From NCBI GenBank assembly GCA_033442325.1, contig JAWQFM010000005.1, forward strand, positions 1,336,329-1,400,328: 64,000 bases of DNA. Reading direction: 5' to 3'. Under the pieces are notes generated by a model that did no database searches, was not told the DNA's origin, and was given only the letters and a program-made list of their open reading frames with translations. Source of the DNA: Salpingoeca rosetta. Lineage: Eukaryota > Protista > Choanoflagellata. This document shows, piece by piece, positions 26,237 through 47,112 of the stretch (position 1 is its first letter; every line of letters begins with the position of its first letter). Made by a program: the position numbers and the translations under genes.

Positions 26237-28876
26237 ATGGCATGTTCCTGGCGTGTGAAGCCGTTACGTTTTGCAACTCTCTCTCTCTCTCGTGAACCCC
26301 CCCCCCCCCACACACACACAATCTTACTCCATCTCACCACCATCACCGCCGTTTCTGCCATGTCGTCTGCACAGCTTGAGGCGACATTTGCGCAGCTGGA
26401 CAAGATCAAGCGCGATGTGACGGGCGAAGCAGATCGCATCTTCTCCCTCATGAAGGCCCTCAGTGACGGTGTGATTGAGCAGGCAGCCTACCTCAACTGC
26501 ATCAAGCATGGTGCCCCGCACAGCTATCACGGCGAGCGCAGCGGCAGCGCACGTGCCAGCCGCTTGAGTGCCGCCTCGCACGCGTCCAAGGGTGCGCGCC
26601 AGTCAACAGCAAAGTCCACAAAGAGCACGGGCAAGCGCAAGGGCCAGAGCTCGAAGCAACCTGTCGCCAATGGCAGGTGTGTATGATTGAAGTCATTGGT
26701 TTTCTGCGTTGGCTTGCCAACCCACCCGCTGTGTGACTTTTGTTTTGATGCAAGGCATTGGCTCTTCAGCCAAAGGTGTGGTTGATGGTTATGTTTGCAG
26801 ACAGACTCGTGTCTTCGCGATTCTGTGGTGAAGCGACATCATATGAGGGCGTGTCGTGGTGTTGGTGCTGGAGTTTCCTCAACACGCGCTATACTGTTCA
26901 CACTGCATGTTGGCGCTGTTGCAGGAACACGGTGCCAGTCGCTGTGCGTGGTTTGCGGTTGATGGTAGAAGACTGGATTCCGGGGCGTCCTGACTCGTTT
27001 ATGCACACCATCACCAGCCACCGCATCACATGCCGATCAGCCATCATCCACCTCGCTGTTCCCTTCTACGAGAAGGGGTGCGTATTTGCGTGTTATGTGG
27101 TTGCGTATGAGTATGCGTGTGCGTGGAAGTGCGTGGCTTGTGGATACGTTGGGCACCTTGTTGTGTTCTCAGTGTACATATACATGTACCTCATAACGCT
27201 TGTGTGTGTGTGTGTATACGGTTGATGTGCCTTCCGCCCATGCAATCTGACTTCTGTTGTCAGTGGCATGTTGAATCGTGCTCACAGAGTTCTGCCTTTG
27301 TTGGGTCTTTCACGATTTTGTTTGCCATGCAATTCCTGCCCACCACCACAGACACGCACGCCACACACTGCGCCCACTCGAGATCCGCGAAACCATCCAA
27401 TCCTACATGGACAACGTTCAGGTGCGGGCGTGTGGTGATGAGCGCTGCGGGCTGAGTGCCTCAGTTGAAATGTGTGGTGGTTGTCACGTGCTTTCACGCC
27501 GTGGTTTAGCAGCAATGGGATGCTATTTCCTGCGATGCCGGTGCACCCGTCGCATTGTGTCGCTGCTGGTCACATGCGAGCTTTGCTTGTGGCTTTGTAC
27601 AGGACATTTTGAACGAGCTCGACGATCGCGCGCGCACGTATTACGAGAAGGCTGTGCAGCTGCTGATTGATTTGCTCGCCCGCATCAACTCCATGTTTAT
27701 GGTCAGCACGCGGGCCGTGTTTGAGAACATCACGTTCAAGTGCGTGTCGCAGCACACGAATGCGATGCACGCCCTGCACGGCGACTCCCTGGCAAAGATG
27801 CGCAAGGCGTGGACGCAGCAGCACCAGCAGCACATGGCACGGCTTCGTCCACAGCTTGCGCACCCCGCGCTTGCTGATGACTTGCAGCAGTTGGACAAGG
27901 AAGAACACAAACGTATACAAGACGTTGATTCCGCCCTGCACGCGCTGACCGAGCAGTCTGTCGAGGCAGATGACGACGCGGTAAGGAGTTTGTGTTGTGT
28001 TGCGTGATGTGTTGTGCTGTGTTGTGTGTTGTGTGTTGTGTTATGTGTTGTGTTGTGTGTATGTGTGTGTGTGTGTGTGTGTTGTGCGCATTTGCTTGTG
28101 CGCGTGGTTGTCAACATCCACTTATCTCTCTCCGTGTGCGTGTGAGGTGTTGTCGAGTGTGTCGTGCACTTCTGTCCTCCTGTCAGTGCACTACGTCTCA
28201 CTTTCCTTTTCCTTGATCGTGTGTTGCAGCTGACGACGTTTGTGAATGATATGAACCAAATGGTGCACAATCTGTGCAACATCTTCGAGGACGTTCTCAA
28301 CCCCAACGAACTCTACTTGCCGTCACGAGGTCAGGCGATCTTTTTGAAGTCTTGTGATTGAAGGACACGTGTATTCGACTGCACACACGCACGCGAGTAC
28401 GCACAAACGCATGCACACGCGCACACACGCACGCGCACACACGCACACACATATACAATTATTCTGACGCTTGCAGTAGTTGCCTCGACTTATCCTCATG
28501 CATTCATACATTGCTTTCCTCGTTCACTGGTGCGCCGGATTTTTGTTTTTTTGTGACAGATCCGACTGCACCTCCTGAGGTTGCAGAGCAGCGGCAGAAG
28601 GGGCGTTTCCCGCTCATTGTGACGGGGCAGGTGATGCCTGGAAAGCACCGCCGCCTCACATCCGCGCACGGCGTGGGCATGCTCAGCACAAGCCTGCACC
28701 ACCGCGCAATAGAAGCGCGTGATGCCAGTGTGCAGGTGGCACGCGAGCACTTTGCAGCAGCAAGCAAGTCCCGCGAACAGACATGGGAAGACGTCAGGGC
28801 TGGGCTGCAACTTGAGCAGACAACGTGGTCTGACACCATCTCCCGCATTCGTTCCCTCACAGAGGACCAGGCGTGA
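18642..28876 (+). CDS. CCDC180: Coiled-coil domain-containing protein 180 (ciliary central-apparatus protein; DUF4455 + DUF4456), >20 exons
   Basis: N-terminal exons EVRALPDRVV, KILESDEEARELL, LMEIEAQRVEK|LRGVL...IAHVLPSEADRMVYAEAE|EINRTMLDN resemble DUF4455. There is an acidic central insert. The C-terminal HMARLRPQLAHPALADDLQQLDKEEHKR resembles DUF4456. Stop at 28874-28876. The start codon is uncertain. Confidence 0.8.
18835..18907. repeat. (CT)n microsatellite, intronic
   Basis: Perfect CT run. Confidence 0.95.
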
Positions 28877-29768
28877 TGGCGCCATGGGAGCCATGCCCAG
28901 CGATGTATTGTGTGCTCTGCTGCGTGGTGCAATTGTGTCAATGTCACACCAGCGTTATTGATGTGCTTTATTCAGTAAACGTTTCTGGCACTCCAACAGC
29001 ACGTTCAGCATGATCGGGCGTATCGTGCGCCCACACCAAGAGGGCGACAGTGATTTCGCGCACAGTTGTGTCAGGGCGTGCGGCTGTGACACACCATGCA
29101 CGGACGGACGACAACCAACACCAACAACCACGGATAGGAGCTTCGGGCGGATACAAAGTGCTTAAACGATAGTCGAGGACACTGTCAAGCAAACCGCCAG
29201 GCAGCCAGGCTCGTGTTCGCACGGTTGTCACATGTCATATCGTGCGCATCATATGTCATGTACTTCTTCGCCAGCCCGAATTCAGAAGGCCTTGCACGTG
29301 CACGCGGCCCCGACGTGCAGTTCTTGGCTGCACTACAGCAACGTGCCTGATACGGTGTCAAGATGCCCTTGTTATTTCCCCGAAGCTCTCACTCAAGCCT
29401 ACCTGCAGACCGGTCGACTTTGTGGTCTCTTTCCCCGAACTGGACCTGCCAGCAGAAACCTCCTCGTGGATGCTCGCACACTTGGTCAAGTGGATACGAC
29501 GCATTCCTAGATATTGAGCGACGTGATGAGATGATGTTATCTGTGGTAGCGCCCTGTGGTTGGCGCTCAAGCGGCAAGGTTCTGTGGCCTCCCGATCATT
29601 TCTCGCCACCATCCACTTATTTACACCCCGACACTTCAAACGCAGCCAGCAGCGACACCGCCTGGCCTGATTCGCACCGCAACACCAGGCGCGGCCAAGC
29701 TATACCGTCAATCGCCTCCTCTCAGCAGAGCACACATCGAGCAGACCATAACACCGTCGATTGCTGCG

Positions 29769-31878
<2,110 letters not shown>

Positions 31879-32305
31879 TCTCCAGCGCAACCGATTGCTG
31901 TTCTGCATGCATCCTCCCCCCACTGAATATATTGAATGGTTTCACCAGCAACATGTCCTCTTGCCTTTCATCCCAAATGGATGTTGGTGATGGTTTCTTG
32001 ATCAATGAACGTGATACCACAAGCAATGGTGCAGGTTTGAAGTGAACATAACTCGGAACATCGGAAGAGAGTGTACCATGACGTCACGAACAAGGACAGC
32101 AACATGGTAACGTGCACGCTGAACGCTTGCGTGACACTGTAGTGGTGGTCAATGGCATATGTGTGAGTGTTTGAAGCATGACAAGTGGAAACCAAACATG
32201 CACGGATCAAGAAGAAGCATGGAGGGGAACGGTCCACCCGTCCATCGAAGCGGGAAATGTTCGCTGATTCTCCGATACAGGGCGGTTTCAGCATCTCACC
32301 CGTGC

Positions 32306-35300
32306 TCACTGGAAGGAGACAACCTTGATGTCCGTGGAGGCTGTGAATGGAGCGCTTGTGGAGGCGTCGATAAACGGGTACGTGCCATCAATCGTTTGCG
32401 CAGTGAATGAGGACTCGCCACCAAAGAGAAGGCCAGTTGTGTTGGTGATGGGGACCATGGCAGCGCCGATCTGATAAGACGGCGGTGTCGGTGTGGCTGA
32501 GACGGACATGGCCTGAAGGTCCAGGCGATACGACACTCGCGTTGACGCGCCGCCCTTGCCGCTGACTCCGTTTGTCACAAGAAGCCAGCCGTTCTGCATC
32601 TCCATCACCGACGCAAATGCAACCGGATCGCGCAGCACGAGCCGAGGCGAGATGGTGGTCACCTTGGTGCCGTCAAAGACGAGGATGGATTGCAGGGCGC
32701 TGCCGTCCGAGAGGCCACCCACCAGCACAGCCTTGTTGAGGGCGTGCGAGTACGCCACAGCAATGCCGCTCGCCGCGGCTGGCAGAGACGTGGTGTTGAG
32801 GATGGTCCAGGTCGTGGCGTTGGTTGTGAGGACCTCGATGCTGGCCAGCGCCGTCCCGTTCGACATCATGCCTCCAATTGCATACAGCGCGCCGTTCACC
32901 ACAACCATGCTGTGCCCAAAGCGTGGCACCTGCAGCGATGGTCGGGCACTCCACTCCCCGCCAACGGCTGAGTAGCACTTGCCTGTCGCTGTGGGAGTGC
33001 CGCTGGCAAACGTGTCGATGCCACCGCACACATATGGCTGGTCACGGAACACGGTGGCAGCGGCATACGCCGTCGGGGTGGGCAGCATGCCCTGCGTCAC
33101 CCACGAGCCGGAGGAGAACACCTGCACCTCCGTTGTGGGCAGGCCAGAGCTGTTGAAGCCGCCAATGACCAGCGTGTCGTTGTGGTACATGAGCGCAGCC
33201 GCGCCCATGACTGGATGGCGGAGGGCACTTGGGATTGGCAGCGGGCCGGGCGGTGCGGGCATTTCCCCCACGTGTGACGCGTTCTTCCACAGGAGGTTTG
33301 CCTGAGCGGCCTGTGCACCAAGGTGCTGTGGGAGGTAGTGGTCGCAATACTCCGTCAGTGCAACAAGGCGGTCGGTGAGCGCTTCGCCCTGCAGATCAGA
33401 AGGGAGGTTGTGGCGTGACTGGTCAAGGACATTGGGGAGGGCGTCCAGCTGAACGCCAACAGGGTACACTTCGCCCTGTGGCAGCTCCAGCTCCGCCTGC
33501 CACGCGGCCGCGTTGTTGCTGGGGTCCTTCACGCGGGGTGGGCAGCGGGGCATGCACGTGGTGTAGTTGAATGTCATGGCCTGTCGCATCTCGGCCGTCA
33601 AGTTGGCTGAGGCCGATGCCGATGCTGAGGCGTCCAGGTCAAAGAAGAACAGCAGTGCTGCCTCGGCACCGCCGCTCAGCGACGTCTTGCCCTCAATCAT
33701 GGCGCGGACCATGGACGACTCCACAGCAGAGACCTGCACGCTCATGGAGCCAAACTGGATGGAGTTTGGCAGATACAAGCCGTACTTGTCCGTGAAGTTG
33801 GCGAAGACAGGCAGGTTGTCGTCATCCACGTCTCTTGGCAGCGCGCGCAGGTCATTCAAGAAATTGGTGGTGAAGCTGAGGCCCGACGCATAGTTGGGGC
33901 GGGAAAGCGTGTAGCGGGTGCAGTGACCAATGGCAATGGCCAGGTCTGCCGTGAAGCTGGCCGTTTGCTGCGTCACCATGGCCCATGTTCCTCCGAGGGA
34001 ATACTCAAACCCGAGCAGCGACGGCCAGAGGAACTTCTTCGATGGGATGACGCTGAAGAGGCCACGCAGCGTGTGCTGCAGCGCCGTGGTTCCGTGCACG
34101 TGCCAGGCCTTTTTGGCGTACTTGCACGTGTCCGAGCTCGCACCGCCTTCGCCATTGATGCCTGGTGGAAGTGTCCAGTCGTATGTGTCGCCAGGCACCT
34201 GCATGACGCCAGACCAGGGCGTGTTGCCGTCCATCTCAAACACGGGATAGCGGCTCCAGCCAGGGTCGGCACCTGTGCGCGACAGGGGGTCCCCGCGAAT
34301 CGTGTGATACCCACGCAGCATCATGTCCACCTGTTGAAACCGGAGGGCTGGCTTGCCTTGCGGCTGCTTGGGGGACACGGCAACCGGCCGGCTGCCACCA
34401 CGCCGAATCCGCCCACTTTGTTGCTGTTGTTCTTGTTGAGGATACGCATTGCTCTGGTGGTGCCTGCCGTGAAGGGGGTGCTTGTGTGCTGCTGACGCAG
34501 GCGGGGATGACAGGGATGACGAAGACCAAGGCAATCCATGCGATGACGATGATGCAGCACCGAAGGGAGCCTGGGACGATTGTGTCTCAATTGGTTGTGC
34601 TGGCAGGGACTGGGTTGCTGGGTGCAGGCCCACCTTGTCGCCCACGGTTGCACCAGGAGGTGCAACAACACCAAAAGCCGCACGCAGACGAAGTGGCAGC
34701 ATGCCATCCCCAAATGCATACAGCTCATCTGTGCTGGGCATGTACACGGTGGTGATGGCGGCGGCAAATTCGTCCCCACCTCGGTTGAAGGACGGCAGCA
34801 CAACCAGCTCGCGTGTAACCATGTTCCAACGCCACACATTTAAGCGACTGCCAGAGTGAGGATCTGTGGCAGCAATGACGACAGTGTCACTTGCACGGCC
34901 AGGGAACGGAGTACCGGACGCCCGACCCAAGTTCTTATGCCTGTCCATTGTGGGGGTGGTGGTGGTGGTGTGGGCGGAGGATGAAGTGGGCAGCGTGTGT
35001 GCCTGACCTGAACACATGGCCATGGGAAGGTACCCAACGACGCGCACCTCGTCGGTGGTCACGTTGTACTTCAGAATGGCCGAGGAGCACGAGCCATCTG
35101 GGCGGCGCCCGCCAAACAGGAAGACGCTTCCGGAACCGTCTGCCACAGCTGTTGCATTGGCCAGGCACAGCAGTGGTGTTGTATGCGGCTGACGCTGCCA
35201 CGAGGGCGAGCTCGCACTTGTGTCAAGGTGGTACGCACGACATGCCGTCTGCGTTGACGCACCAGCCAGCATACCCACAGCCACAATCTTGCCGCTTGCG

Positions 35301-38300
35301 GCGTCCAGCGCGGCCGCGGCGTTGTTCACGGAATCAGGGAGGGAGGGCCCCGAGACCCAAATGCCAGTCGTTGTGTTGTAGATGGCCGACTGTGTCTTTG
35401 ACGTGGAGCCAGCCGGAACGTTGCACACGGACCAGAGCGCGCTGTTGGGCGCGAGCACAAGAGATGACGCGTTGGTGATAGGGGCTGGGCTCACGTGCTG
35501 CCACTGCGGCGCCTGCACGCCCTTGACCATGGGCGGCCGATACAGCAGGGTGACGTCGGACACGGTGCCAAGCCAGCCGCCGGCAACAACAACCGCAGAC
35601 TCGTTGACAAGCACGGCGCGCGAGTATGTGGCGCCCACGGGTAGCATGTTGGGCGCATACTGCCACGTCGGCTGTCGCCTGGCTGCCGAGCAGCCGGGCG
35701 TATGGGCACAGTACGTTCCGTCCAGCATGACGGATCGGATGAGCTCGGCGGTCTGGTTCAGGAGGGCGTGGCTGATGGTGGGGAAGTACGCGGGTGTCAC
35801 CACCTCGGTAATGGGGCGCACACGCGTGGCGATTGGGGACACGTGGCCGCCGTCGCTGTCAAAGATGTTATCAAACCCGGTCGTGTTGATGGTGACGTTG
35901 TTGGTGAGGGGCGGACAGAGCGGCACGCAGGTGGTGCGGTTGGAGCTGGTGTAGCGCACGAGATCAGCGTTGGCGCTCACGTGCGCCTGCGCGTCCTCGC
36001 TGTGGGAGCCGCCCCAGAAGAAGAGGGTTGAGTGCGAGCTTGAGTAGCCAAAGTCGACGTTGGCCCGCAGGGCAGCGTGGAAGTGCGACTCTGTCATCTC
36101 GAAGGACTGGGAGAAGCGCGCGCCAAACGAGGCAGAGCTCACATAGGCGTCGCCAAAGTGCTGCAGAATGCTCACGGCAAGGGCGCGGGCATTGGTGGTG
36201 TTTCCCTCCTTGATCTGCTGCACCAGCAGGTTCACAGCCGCCTTGAAGTCGGGCGACACAGGCGGCGTCAACAGGGAGTCAGGGCCGTCGCTCTTCTTTG
36301 TGTGGACTCCATCGGCGTTGACATTGCGGCTGCTCCGGCTGCTGCGGCTGCTGCGGCTGTTGCGGGGGGCCTCGTTTGGGTCCGTGCTGGCGAGTGGCGT
36401 CACAACAACGCCTTCTTCGCCTGGGCGGGCCTCAATGTAGTTAATGTCAAACAGCTCGCATCGGCCAGAGGCAAAGGCGGTGGTGTGGCGGAAGGTGGTG
36501 GAGGCAGAGGCAGACAAGCCCGCCTCAAAGTTGGCGCTGAAGGCAAAGTCCAGCAGGCCCGGGAAGCCGAAGAAAAGCTCAGCACTCATCCAGGCGCTGG
36601 CTGCAACCTGGGCATCCACTTCGTCCTGGATGAGACCCGTCTCTGTTTGGAAGGAGCAGCGGCGCAGCGAGCGCACGTCCAAGGCGTTGGGCACGCTCTG
36701 GTTGTCGTGTGTTTTGTGAAGCCAGAAGCAGCTCTTGCAGTCTGGCTCAAACACGCGCGCTGGCACCACCTTGCCCGTCACCGTGGACACGCCCATCCCA
36801 GGCAACGATGCACCGGGATGAAGCGGTGGCGATGCAGCACCAGCACTGGTCACGCGGGCTTGCTTTGAGGTCTGGGAGCTGGTGGAGCCAGCGCTGGTGC
36901 GAGGTGCCCTGCTGTTGTTGCTGCTGCTGCTGCTGTCACTGCTACTGCTAGCGCTGTTGGCACTGGTGCCGCTGGCGGTGTTGCTGTTGGCGCCAAAGGT
37001 AGTAGGAACTGCGGTTTGCGAGCACTGGATTGTTGCGCCTGGCGCAATGGTGTATGTCTGCACGCTGGAGACGACGCCCTTGCATTGGCTGTCCTTGCAG
37101 CCGCCAGCAACGACAACGTCCACACCTCCGGGTGCACTCACCGAGGGCATGGTGACTGCCGGGGCAAACGCGGTGCCCTCGGGAAGGCCGCAGCCAGGGA
37201 TCCATTCCGCAGTCGCTCCCTTGACAGGGAGCTGCAGGATGCGCACGTCACTGAGGCTGGCCACGGCGTTCGTGTCTGGTGAGCGGGCTGCGAGGCCAGT
37301 TGCATCGCGGCCACCCATGATGAGGATGTCGTTGCCCACAACGACGGCGGCGTGCCCCATGCGTGGAGTGTCAGCGCCTCCCATGGGCGGGACATGGGCG
37401 TCGCTCCACAGGTCTGTGTCCACGTTGTACAACAGCACCTTTGCATTTAGCGTGCCGTCCGGCAGCACGCCGCCGACGACGTATACGAGCGAGTCGTTCA
37501 CCACCGTGCACGACATGCCGGACAGGGTGAGGGGCATGGGCTGAACTGTGGACCACGAGTCGGTTTCCGGGTCATACACCTCCGTCACAGGCGTGCCACC
37601 GCCAGTAACATGCAGCGCCCCGCAGGCGACAAACGTGCAGTGCAACTGGCGGCGCGTCTGCATGGGCTCCACGTTGATCCACTCGTTCTTCTGGGGCGAG
37701 AAGGAGATGACGGTGGTGCGGCCACTGGTGTTGGTGAAGGGCGGCCCGGCGCCACCGGTGACATACACGCGATCGTTGAGCACGGCGGCGGAGGCGTTGG
37801 CCACGTTGGCGCGCGGGTCCTGCGAGAGCAGCGTCCATGGCGCCACCCCCTGCAATGCAGCGGATGGGTCCTGGGCGGCTTTGGTTGGGGTTGGCGCCGT
37901 TTTTGGCGGCATGGCTGCGGGGACGTAGCGCTGCACGGCGGGCACATCGGGCAGGGACGCTTGGCTCGCTGTTCCACTGAAGAACAGCACGGCGTTGGCG
38001 TTGGCGTTGGCGTTGGCGGTGGAGATGGAGACGTTGGCAAACACGGCAGCATGGCCTGCCATGGGCTGGAAGGACGTGATGCCCGTGTCTGTGGTGGTCC
38101 AGCGAGCAGAGCGTGGGGGGAGCTTGGGGCAGCCACCCGCACGCGTCTTGCAGAAGTCATTGTTGAGGAAGCGCTGGTAGAGCTGTGCGCGCGTGCCGAT
38201 AGCTGGGTCGTTTGGGAAGAAGGCTGGCGTGAGGACGGCGGTGAGGTTCTGCAGGGTGTATGCGACAACGCCCGGGTCCTTCTCGACAGCGAGAGCCCAC

Positions 38301-39395
38301 GCGTTTGCGCCGCGCGTGAGCTGACCGTGGACGGGCGGGAAGGGGATGTAACTTGTCTGCACGGAGATTTTGCTGGAGTTGAAGGCCTCCTGTTCGTTCC
38401 AGCCAGGGGTGCGGTTGTTGCAGAGCACGTCGTCACCAATGGAGCAGATGTGGTTGAGGGTGGCTGAGGAGTGCAGGTCGCCCGACGTCTTGCGGAGATG
38501 CTCGAAGCTTTCCTGGCTGAATGCGGTTACGCGGACCGACTTGCCGCCAAACTCAGCGTCGGCAACAACGGAGTCGCCGTAGGCGTTGGCAAACTGCAGC
38601 ATGTCGTTAAGCTTATCGTTGTACTCGCTCTCGTCGCGCGGGAGCAGCTCGGCCACGTTGGACTTGAAGCCCGCGGTGAGCACGGCGCTGTTGTCGAACG
38701 TGTTGCGCTGAACATGATAGCTTGTGCAGGCAATGCTGTGGCGAACGACCACGTTGTTCTTGTTGACCGTGAGCGAGTTGACGGCAGAGAACCAGTGCGT
38801 CTCTGAGGATGAGTGGAAGAGGCCGTGGTGCTCCGAGTGCGTGTACGCGTTCACCACAGACTTGTAGTCAAACCAGTCGTGCATGGCCTTGACTGAATCC
38901 GTGAGTCGACACTGTGTGAGTGCGAAGGGGGCGGGCGGGGAAGGTGAGACAAGAGTTGTCGTTTGGGTGCTGGGCATTCAGACATTTATAGAGATGCAGA
39001 CACAGATACAAACACACACAAAATACAAACACACACGCATACACACACGCATACACACACGCATACACACACACATACACGCATACACACATACACACAT
39101 ACACGCATACACACATACACACATACACGCATACACACACATACACACACATGCACGCATACACACACATACACACATGCACACATGCACGCACATGCAC
39201 ACATCAGGACGCAAACAGCACACCTTGAAGTTTGGGAGGTAGGTCCAGCCATCGGGAACGGCAACTGTGCCTTCATAGTGCTGGCCTTGTTCGAAGGAAG
39301 ACAGGTTGAAGACGGCGCTACTCATGAACCCAGGCGTGTTGCACCGTGACGAAGAGCATTGCGGATCGCCATCAATAGATGACTGCAGGGAGATG

Positions 39396-39431
<36 letters not shown>

Positions 39432-39795
39432 ACGGAGTCGTAGCGTATGGGATCATCGCTACAAGTCATTGTGGAACTGCTTCAGCACAGCACCACGGAG
39501 AATCACAGGAACGCTCAACAACAACCCAGCATTCACTCTTGCTTGCAGGCAACCTCGAACAGCCAGCCAAAACGTTTTGGTGGTGCATTCGTTCCATATT
39601 GGGTGGTGCCATTTTGTTGTGTCACCCATGCTAACACAGCATTTGTGACGCGCTTCTTGGGGACTGACATGAATAACTGACCTGGAAAGTGAGCACGCCT
39701 TTGCCAACGATGTCCACGTTGTTTGGGGGCGACAGGGCATGACCTTCAGTGCCAAGGAGGGCGAGGACGAGCACAGCGGCAAAAAGGCCGTGCAT
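32306..39795 (-). CDS. Secreted ~2290-aa protein with three tandem (MACPF/perforin-like + Kelch beta-propeller) modules
   Basis: Exons 39795-39682 (signal peptide MHGLFAAVLVLALLGTEGHA), 39382-39224 and 38911-32306 join through phase-0 GT-AG introns. There are three MACPF signature-like motifs (YGDSVVADAEFGG, FGDAYVSSASFGA, YGLYLPNSIQFGS), each preceded by LxxxFxxxVxxL. Module 3 has the typical MACPF start RGYHTIRGDPL...DPG...PVF. Each MACPF is followed by Kelch repeats (VYVTGG, EVYDPETDSW, YVVGG, LYAIGG). Many N-glycosylation sequons. Confidence 0.85.
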
Positions 39796-40624
39796 CTTGG
39801 CATTTAGGGGGGGGGGGGAGGCAGAGATAGTGGAGTGGAATTGCTTGGAACGAAAGGAAATGGACTCAGTGGCAGTGACAAACGGACGGAACAAGGAAAA
39901 TGGCTGCTTCTGCTTGTGAAGGATTGCGACTGATTGCGTGCGAGAGCGTGTGTGTGTGTCACGCCATGACTCATCGCAGTGCTCACCGGTGTTGGAGCAG
40001 CATTGCATGGTTCGAGGACTTCTGCTTCTTGTGCAAACGAAGAAAGCGTGTTGTGTGGAGCGTGGCTGGGATCACATCGGTGGTGGGAGGAGATGTGCTG
40101 AGCTGTCGTTGTTGGCAGCACACTGGTTTGGCCTCGTTATCTCGCTCAACGGCCTCGCGCTCCTGTCGCAGTGCCGTTGTCATCGATTCTTGTTGGCTGT
40201 CGCCTGCATTGCAGCGGCCCGCCGTGGCGTGCATCCGTGTATCAGGGTCGGTTGCTCACACCGTCACCACGTAGAACGAACCAGAAAGGAAGCAAGCAAC
40301 AATCACAGCTTCCCTCACATCCAACAAATGTAGGATGTGTGTGGGCCGTGAAGGTCAGGCAAAGAAAGGCGTGGGAAGGGTCAAAATGGGAAACAAGGAA
40401 GACACACGTGTCATTCAAGGGCACGGTGGAACCAGCGGAATGCTCGTGGAAAAGTTAGGGAGAAGACAAACCGCGCGGAGAATGGGATAGGGGAGCGACG
40501 AGCACACCGACAGTTAATCCGAGGGTCAAGGGACAGACACAAGGCCACACCTTTGTACACACAAAGGTAAACATAGACAGAGAGACAGACAGGCACAGAC
40601 AGGCAGAGAGCGACAGGCAGATAA

Positions 40625-40693
<69 letters not shown>

Positions 40694-40765
40694 AGCACAC
40701 ACACACAGACAGAGGCACGGGTACGGGTACGACATATGAACGCAGAGGGCCTCATCAAGAGGGAA

Positions 40766-44914
<4,149 letters not shown>

Positions 44915-45238
44915 GCCGATCTGCGAGCTTGTACACTTGTGCACCACGACTTGCTTGTATGCTCTGCGTCTCCTCGCCTCAACCACAACGATCAACGACG
45001 GCAGCGGCGATCACGGCCTTGCCGATCACCGACAGCCCAAGCACCACAACCAAACAAACGTTGAAGCAGACCCAGGCGTGCGGAGAGGCAAACAGCAGGC
45101 AGCAGTCCTCTTCGTTGTCTAGTAGGGTGCTGGTTCGGTTGGCGAAATCAGTCGTTTTTTGCTGTTGTTGTCAACGACGACAAACAACGACGGAGCTGTT
45201 GTGCTTGGTGTGCTTGGCGCGAGCACAACAACGGTAGC

Positions 45239-46531
<1,293 letters not shown>

Positions 46532-47112
46532 CACCCATGATGTGACATGTGAAATGATGCCAAACGGCTCCATGCGTTGCGTTGACGCCTATCATACTTA
46601 TTTGAGGATGTACCTCCCGCAGGCGCGCGGCACTGCAACCAGCGCAACACGTTTGATTGATAAACGAACCACCAACCAACGGTGCACTGTTGATACGAGA
46701 GCACACACACACACACACACACACACACTCTCTCTCTCTCTCTCTTTCCCTGACACCATCCACCTATCCTCGTTGCTGGGGAGAGGACCGTGTACTCGGG
46801 GGGAGTGGACTGCAACATTGGCACAACCATGTCAAACAAACCAGCTGGCTATATGGTCGAGAGACAAAAGGAGGACACATCGTCTGGAGTAGGTTCAGAG
46901 ACGGAGAGAGCGAGGAAAGAAACACACGAAGAGACAGGCTGCAGGGCCAGGGGGAAAGAAGGTAGCATGATGGGGACAAAAGGGAGTTGGCTTTGTGGCC
47001 GTGCAACAGAAAACATCAGACGAGAGGGCAGGAAGGCACAAAGCACACAACGACAACAGAGGCGATTTGACAAGAAAGGCAACATCAAGAAGAGCTCGAT
47101 GGTTTCCTGTGT

